Virus record (IMG/VR): IMGVR_UViG_3300010049_000011
Span: 81,123 to 145,122 of that record
From: a virus
Taxonomy: Duplodnaviria; Caudoviricetes
Length of the DNA stretch: 64,000 nucleotides
Direction: 5' to 3' (one strand)
Part shown: positions 58,047 to 64,000 of the stretch, piece after piece
Numbering within the stretch: position 1 is the stretch's first letter
Layout of the letters: each line of letters opens with the position of its first letter
Position numbers and translations under genes: made by a program
The notes under the pieces: generated by a model
What the model was told of the DNA's origin: nothing
Seen by the model: only the letters and a program-made list of their open reading frames with translations
Database searches by the model: none

Positions 58047-58121
58047 GCGGCGAGTATCTTAATTATTAGAGTACGAGCATTCCTGTTCGTTGTGTAGGTG
58101 TAAGTCCTATCTCCCGCTCCA
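58047..58121 (+). tRNA. Degenerate tRNA-Gly(TCC)-like
   Basis: GCGG...CCGC-T-CCA Gly-type acceptor with a bulge; TCC in an irregular loop; T-arm present. Confidence 0.55.
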
Positions 58122-59830
58122 AAACCTTCTCCTTCTACCACCATATTCTCGTAAACCTGTGTTGCTCTCAACAAGGTTTGTGGGCGCCGTTATAGGGCGT
58201 TATCTAAACTTTGAGGTGGCGAGATCCATCCAGGGTGCGAGCAGAGAGCATTAGCTCGAGAACACCCTGCAAACACTGTAGAGGGAGCCGTGTAGTAAAG
58301 CTTGCGGTTATTAGCAAGATACCGAGTTCCCTCCTTAAAAGAGAGTATTGCTTTGTTATCTTGCGGGTGTTACGGCTCGAGGGGGCATACAAGGACTTCA
58401 GAGACGCTCGCAAGAAGATAGAGAAAAGACTTAAGACTAGATTCTTCTAATTCCTATAGATACTATGGCCTTTCAATTCAACATCGGAGATACTGTGAGT
58501 TTCCCTAACTTTGGGTTTGCTTCAGAATTACTCGGTCAAGGGGAAGGTACGGTAGTAGATCAAGTAGACATTGGTGGGTCTAACTACTACAACCTCCAAG
58601 TACCTATCGGAGACTCCGGATCCTTTATACCGAACTTGGTTCAAATACCTGAGTCTCAACTTACCCTCGTATAATTCTTTTAACTGTTCGCTTATTCTAG
58701 ACCCCGCAATTACGGAGGTTGATGTCCAACACTTTTCCTAAAATCGGGTTCGTAAACCTTAAGAGGGTATCTGAGCGGGACCTTGAGGTTTCGTTTTCTC
58801 TCGAGAATTTCTCCAAACTTACCCACGAAGATAACAGCACCGTGGGTCCTTTCGAGTTGACTTTTGAGAGAATATCGTCCTTAGATACGTCTCTACTCTC
58901 CGTGAGTTATACGTTTGACGAGAACGGGGTTCTTCACTCTATGACTCTCTATGGAAAGAACGAGAGATTAACTAGAGATACCACAACTGTTTCCGGAGGA
59001 GACCCTCGAGAGAGAAGAGTCTCTTGTACTTACCAACACAGAAACGATCTACTGGTGGTGTCTCTACAAAACCTAAGTAAACATCGCTTAGAGGAAATAT
59101 ATAGATTTCTTGTAGATATCCACGAAAACCAGAAATCGACCAGATCCTAAGCAATACATAATTCTAGGAGGAAGCTGTAGTGGCTTTTCTCTATTCTATA
59201 TCTCTCTAGATAGACACTCTAAAATGGGTTCTGAACACGTAATACTATCTCTAGGAGGCAACACTCCCGAACAACAACAAGTATGTCTCGGGGAGCTGTT
59301 AGGTATGAATAAACTCAACAACACAACTAGACCAACCCAGAACACCTTCTCTTGCTCCTTCGAACTACTCCACGACACTCCTCAGTCGACTTACATACAA
59401 TTCCTAAACCTCGTTAACTTCGAGCGTAGAGCGTCCATTTGTACTCCTTACAACACCACTTGCACAATACACTGTCTATTAAACCGTCCCCCTAAATATA
59501 TAAAGAAACTTATCCAGTATATAGATACCTCTCTTAAGTTTAAGATTGTCTTAAGAGAGATCGAAGCACGTTCGAGGGAAGCTCTGTCTTCGAGCTCTGA
59601 GGCCCTGCTGAGGTCTATAGAGTCTACCTGTCCCTCCCTTATCGTCGTGTTCTAAATCTCGATACATACCTCTACTTTCCTATAGATTCTTGTAGGCAAT
59701 TCGTGTTCAACAGTGCCCCTAATAAGTCTGGACGTAAGACGTTTCTCTCGTACCCTTACAGAGAGAATCCTGCGATTGATAACGCTCTCCCAGATTCAAT
59801 ACAGGTAGACGACGTTGCAGGATTGCCGGA

Positions 59831-60199
59831 TTGCCGGAAGCTCTCGAGGATGCTATAGTTGGGGGTTCTTCCCTGACTGAAATTAACGTCCCCTTCCTGT
59901 TTAACGTCGAAGGAACCGTTACATACCAGAATTCTCTTACGGCTGACTTGATTCTGCAGTCATCTCTCTCGGGAGACTTAATAATACAGAGTTCCTTAGA
60001 TGCTGCATCTATAGACTGGACTATTACATCAGCTATAAACGCTATCCCCGAAGAGAAGTACATATTAGGACAAAAGCTTACGTTCAACGTCAACACTATG
60101 GCCGTCTGGGAGACCTACCAGTTCGTAGGATTGGATCTCTCTACGGCCACATACCAATCTGCTGCAAATTGGGTAAAACTCTACTCAACTAATCCATAG
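59831..60199 (+). CDS. Probable virion-associated protein (start uncertain)
   Basis: GQKLTF......WE.YQF.G ...NW.K pattern, directly upstream of a fibre gene. Confidence 0.4.
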   Translation: MPEALEDAIVGGSSLTEINVPFLFNVEGTVTYQNSLTADLILQSSLSGDLIIQSSLDAASIDWTITSAINAIPEEKYILGQKLTFNVNTMAVWETYQFVGLDLSTATYQSAANWVKLYSTNP

Positions 60200-60209
60200 G
60201 AAACTATAA

Positions 60210-62057
60210 ATGTCTACAGTTACATCAGTACTTTTGAAACAGCTAATTCAACCTATTGCTTTCTGGCAATCCTACAACCAACCGATTCCTCAGGGAGTGC
60301 AAGTGTTTGCTCAATACCCTGACAATTCGTATAGATACGTAGTTGGTAATGGTGTCCTACTTTATAGTGATCTAGTTGAGCACGGAGCTCCTGCCCCGGA
60401 TGTATCTACATTCATAACCGACGCTCCCGAAGATGGAAAGATCTACGGAAGACAGGATGGTGAGTGGGTCGAGATTGTTCAAGACGACGACTCAGACTTC
60501 GCCCAATTAGATACTCCGAACGATTTTACTGGGTTGAACACGTTTAATACGACCGGAACTCCAATAACTCAAAACCCCGACTATGACACTGACGCTGATG
60601 TAATAGCAAATAAACTTAGCTGTCATAACGAGCTGGTAGTGCTTGGCGACGCTGTGTGGGAACCTCAACCAGAGGCTACAATAGACTTGATTAAGATCGG
60701 TAGCAATATTACAAACATCAACTTCCAATCTAACGGGACCTATACTCCAGATGTAGCGAGCTCTACATCGAATTTTGTATTACAAGATTTGTATGGTAGA
60801 CAGATTACAGTAAGACGTGAAGCTACTGTGAACGGGGGGAGGTTGACTCTGATCGCAGGATCCGACTTCAGCGCTAATGGAGGTATCTCTGGTACTGTTG
60901 TGGTTTGGGCTGACGGCCCTGTCCCGGCCCAAGGATGGAACTTAAAGACTGATTGGTCTGTAAGCGACTTGTTCGGGTCAGATATCTCTAGAGTGTTTGT
61001 ACTACGTAACGAGTTCAGCGTAATCTCTTCCGGAAACTTGGTCACCAACACTCACGTAGTATCAACAACAGCTACGGAGAGTCTCTCTGTAATAAGGACG
61101 AACGCTCTTAGGGCGAACAACGCGACAGTCTTCGGGTCTCTGGTTATACCCACACCAACTGCTGGAGATAAGTCTAGCAACGCTGCCAGCACTTACTACG
61201 TGCAGAACGAACTGAACAACATAAACACCAACTCGATAAACGTCGCTAGCAGCTTAGTTGCTTTAGGCGATGTGGAGTGGGTAGACGGACAACTATACCC
61301 CGACATGACTCTCCCTATTGGAATCTCTATATCTAAGATAGATTTCACTGCTATGGCCGCAGCCGGCACTCCTAACTTCGTGTCCGGTGGAGCTTATCAA
61401 AATATAGTAGTTGTCGACGACTTAGGTAGACAAGTTAGGATTACTGTGGATAGCTGGAACAACCAGGTATGGTTTATGCCTGTAGTCCCTCTAGATAATG
61501 GGGGTCTCACGGCCACAGTGTACGTCTATAGGAACGGAGCATGGGCTAGCAAACTGTCATACACCATGACCGAGATTTACGCTACAAGCAACCACGCTAC
61601 TGTTACTCAGAATAATTTCACGAACTACAACCTAGGCAACACTCCCATAGAGTTCACCAGTGCAACCATGAGCACTAGCGACGCAAGCACTAAGCTCAAC
61701 GCAGCGAGGACTAATAGACTGATTGTTCTGTCGTCTTCTTCGTTCCCTACTCAGGCGTTGTACGATACTAGCTCTAACGCTGCCAACTGTAATTTTGTGC
61801 AAAACGCAGTAGACGATTTTGCGTACAACTACTTACCAACGACAGTAGCATCTGAGGATTCAGTGTTCGATGGATCTAACTACGTTATCACTACAGCCAA
61901 TACAGTGTCCTTAGTCGTTAGTGTCAAAGCATGGGATTCGACTTCTGTCACGGAAATAATGGACTATACGGTGAGTGGTAATACCATCACGATCAACAAC
62001 ACAACTCTAACTTCTGGAGATAACCTCAGAGTAGTCTATTTCAGTTTTGGCCCTTAG
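60210..62057 (+). CDS. Tail fibre protein with a fibritin-foldon-like motif and a duplicated internal module
   Basis: DAPEDGKIYGRQDGEWV; PT......SNAA...FVQ fibre repeats twice; LV.LGD..W...GRQ..I...NGG module twice. Confidence 0.75.
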   Translation: MSTVTSVLLKQLIQPIAFWQSYNQPIPQGVQVFAQYPDNSYRYVVGNGVLLYSDLVEHGAPAPDVSTFITDAPEDGKIYGRQDGEWVEIVQDDDSDFAQLDTPNDFTGLNTFNTTGTPITQNPDYDTDADVIANKLSCHNELVVLGDAVWEPQPEATIDLIKIGSNITNINFQSNGTYTPDVASSTSNFVLQDLYGRQITVRREATVNGGRLTLIAGSDFSANGGISGTVVVWADGPVPAQGWNLKTDWSVSDLFGSDISRVFVLRNEFSVISSGNLVTNTHVVSTTATESLSVIRTNALRANNATVFGSLVIPTPTAGDKSSNAASTYYVQNELNNINTNSINVASSLVALGDVEWVDGQLYPDMTLPIGISISKIDFTAMAAAGTPNFVSGGAYQNIVVVDDLGRQVRITVDSWNNQVWFMPVVPLDNGGLTATVYVYRNGAWASKLSYTMTEIYATSNHATVTQNNFTNYNLGNTPIEFTSATMSTSDASTKLNAARTNRLIVLSSSSFPTQALYDTSSNAANCNFVQNAVDDFAYNYLPTTVASEDSVFDGSNYVITTANTVSLVVSVKAWDSTSVTEIMDYTVSGNTITINNTTLTSGDNLRVVYFSFGP

Positions 62058-62147
62058 TTGTAGGTGATAGATTCTAAATAAATGTGGTTGCCGAAAGGGA
62101 CCGCTACTCTACTATAACAATAACTTGCTGTAACCACAGGAGTAATC

Positions 62148-62636
62148 ATGGAACAGAAAACGCTCGTACTACGTAAACGTACAACCACAACCCCCTTTAA
62201 TAACGACCCTCTAAAGAATCTCTTACGAGACTTTTTCGGTGTTGGAACAACTCTATTGGACACCATGCCTGTTAGGTATTTTCTTCCTGAAGAGCAATCC
62301 TATCCTCGTTACGATGTAATAGATAGATCAATTGAGGGTAAAACTAATTCTATAGAGATAAGGATGGCTCTAGCTGGGTGGTCTAAGGAGGACCTAGAGA
62401 TAACCTCCAAGGACGGTTACTTAGTTGTCTCAGGAATCATGAACCGCGAAGGCAAGCCCGTCGAGGACGTATCTTATTACCGACGAGGGATATCTGCGAA
62501 AGACTTTGAGTGGAGCGGTAAGATGCCTGAGGACTCTGTTGTAGGGGGCATATCTCTTACAGACGGTATACTCTCCATTAAAGTGTCTAGAGAAATCCCT
62601 GAAGTTGAGAAGACTAAAACCTACAAAATAACTTAA
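62148..62636 (+). CDS. Small heat-shock protein (Hsp20/IbpA-like)
   Basis: YPRYDV, IRMALAGW.KEDLEI...L.VSG, Y.RGIS...F, DGILSI. Confidence 0.92.
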   Translation: MEQKTLVLRKRTTTTPFNNDPLKNLLRDFFGVGTTLLDTMPVRYFLPEEQSYPRYDVIDRSIEGKTNSIEIRMALAGWSKEDLEITSKDGYLVVSGIMNREGKPVEDVSYYRRGISAKDFEWSGKMPEDSVVGGISLTDGILSIKVSREIPEVEKTKTYKIT

Positions 62637-62690
62637 AACATTCCAGCAGATAATCGGTCCTTGGTGGATTGGGAAGTACTGCAGTGAATA

Positions 62691-62723
62691 GACCCTCTTT
62701 ATCCCCATGAAGAGGGTCCTTTT
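62691..62723 (+). terminator. Rho-independent terminator
   Basis: GACCCTCTTTAT-CCCC-ATGAAGAGGGTC followed by CTTTT. Confidence 0.7.
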
Positions 62724-62735
62724 ATAGCTAAAAAC

Positions 62736-62806
62736 AAATTTACTTATTAGCTTTGCTAGGTCAACCAAACTTTCCACTTGCCTTTTGAAGAGAAGTACGC
62801 TATAGT
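62736..62806 (+). promoter_or_regulatory. Early sigma70-type promoter repeat, copy 7 (short-spacing class)
   Basis: TTGCCT (62778) -17- TATAGT (62801); CTTTGCTAGG at 62751-62760. Confidence 0.85.
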
Positions 62807-63037
62807 TGAAGGTATGAACGAAAGGAAGCACTATGCTTACAAAAGTATCGGAGCAGCACTTTGCGGAAATAGCCGCTCAGAAGCTACAAGAGTATTATGA
62901 ATCCCCACAGACCCCCAGGATAAAACAAGCCATACGGGTCTGTGAAGCGATTCTACGGGAACACAACTCCAAAATGTTCGGAGGAGAGCAGAACTACCCG
63001 AACACGAACGCAATCGCTTAGGATGTAACAATGTTAC

Positions 63038-63122
63038 GCTCTCATGGAGGAATGTATACTCAAGAGACTTAAAATCTCTCGCTCGTAAGAGATTGTGGGT
63101 GCGAGTCCCACTGAGAGCACCA
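63038..63122 (+). tRNA. tRNA-Leu(TAA), CCA encoded
   Basis: GCTCTCA/TGAGAGC acceptor, AGAGA-ctTAAaa-TCTCT, variable arm. Confidence 0.88.
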
Positions 63123-63144
63123 GGAACCGAGGAAGGAAATTAAG

Positions 63145-63495
63145 ATGACAAGATATTTATGGGAGATGGCTAACATAAGACCGCACGAGTCTGGTCTTTC
63201 TATGAATGTTTGGTTAGACGATTCAGGAGAGAAAAGGCAAGTTCAACACAAGTCCCCTAGATTAAAAGTCCAACGGAATAAAGGAAGGGTCGGGCAATTT
63301 GATTCAGCTTTATCTGTAAGCATTTGCATGGATCCTGACTTCCTTGGTAGGGTGAGGGATTCTGATATAGAGTTGTCTCGAAAAGATTTAGAGAAACTAG
63401 GAGAATGGATTCAATTGAACCAAGTTGAGCTTCTGAGGCATTGGGTTGGGGAGATATCTTCAATCGAGTTCGGAAGCCTCGTGAAGAAGGTTTAA
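63145..63495 (+). CDS. DUF4160-like protein, tandem paralog 1
   Basis: YLWEMANIR...L..NVWLD.SG....H.SPR.KVQ...WI.LN...LLRHW. Confidence 0.6.
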   Translation: MTRYLWEMANIRPHESGLSMNVWLDDSGEKRQVQHKSPRLKVQRNKGRVGQFDSALSVSICMDPDFLGRVRDSDIELSRKDLEKLGEWIQLNQVELLRHWVGEISSIEFGSLVKKV

Positions 63496-63512
63496 CAAGA
63501 AAGGAAACTAAT

Positions 63513-63866
63513 ATGGCGCATTATTTGATGGAAATGGCCAATCTAAGGAAGGACGAGACAAACCTTCCCGTAAATGTCTGGCTGGACGAATCGGGAAAGG
63601 ACAGGCCTGTGAAACACAATTCTCCAAGAATCAAAGTCCAAATTAACAAAAGAAGTTCCACAAATGTTCGCATGATGTACCCCGTCAGCATTTGTGACGA
63701 ACCTGATTTCTTAATAAGTCCTAAGGGAGACAAAGACTTCGACTTAACGACAAAGGACCTCCAAAAGATAGCAAGATGGATAATCCTCAATAAAGATCTT
63801 CTCTTAAGACACTGGAACAAAGAAATAGGTATAGCTACGTTTGTGGTTGAGATGAAGAAAGTTTAA
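63513..63866 (+). CDS. DUF4160-like protein, tandem paralog 2
   Basis: YLMEMANLR... collinear with paralog 1; ATG 63513 after AAGGA. Confidence 0.6.
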   Translation: MAHYLMEMANLRKDETNLPVNVWLDESGKDRPVKHNSPRIKVQINKRSSTNVRMMYPVSICDEPDFLISPKGDKDFDLTTKDLQKIARWIILNKDLLLRHWNKEIGIATFVVEMKKV

Positions 63867-64000
63867 CAAGAAAGGAAGAACTGATATGGCTAACAACAAA
63901 GAAATAAAGCAGAAGATTCAAAAAGACGAACTTCACGCTAACGACTACTTTAACAATATCAAGAGTAGCCTAAACAAGGTTACACAAGAAAAGCTAAGGA

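Noticed and set aside
56527-63122. Suppressor tRNAs or a recoded genetic code (anticodons TAG and TAA)
   Set aside because: These anticodons read Leu codons CTA and TTA; all three stops terminate genes normally and coding density is high under code 11.

Overview
This window is a fragment of a large, lytic, T4-related (probably jumbo) myophage of a Gram-negative host. It uses the standard genetic code and almost all genes lie on the + strand. Virion genes are scattered: T4-type portal, prohead protease/scaffold, neck, spike tip and several tail fibres. Also present are an M15 endolysin, separated spanins, GroES/GroEL/Hsp20, a replication/recombination block (DnaB-like helicase, gp32-like SSB, 5'-3' exonuclease, SbcCD-like pair, family A DNA polymerase), seven tRNA or tRNA-like genes and a frameshifted CCA-adding enzyme. 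Five features stand out. (1) The DNA polymerase A is encoded in three separate ORFs; the first two are joined by a naturally split intein, and a dead stand-alone IntN-like ORF lies nearby. (2) There is a dispersed thymidine-hypermodification pathway (dUMP hydroxymethylase, 5hmU-DNA-kinase-like P-loop, amino acid:DNA transferase, PLP decarboxylase) with its own GlyA, and an Smr gene inside the core operon. (3) A non-coding region at the left edge folds on the minus strand only, into hairpins built from tandem sheared G.A pairs and GNA loops, i.e. a candidate structured ssDNA element. (4) Seven sigma70-type promoters are present, six with an upstream box at two distances one helical turn apart, and the phage encodes an RNAP alpha-CTD homolog. 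(5) A candidate phage-specific TTCTA promoter would give leaderless mRNAs. All protein calls come from motif recognition by eye; no searches were run.
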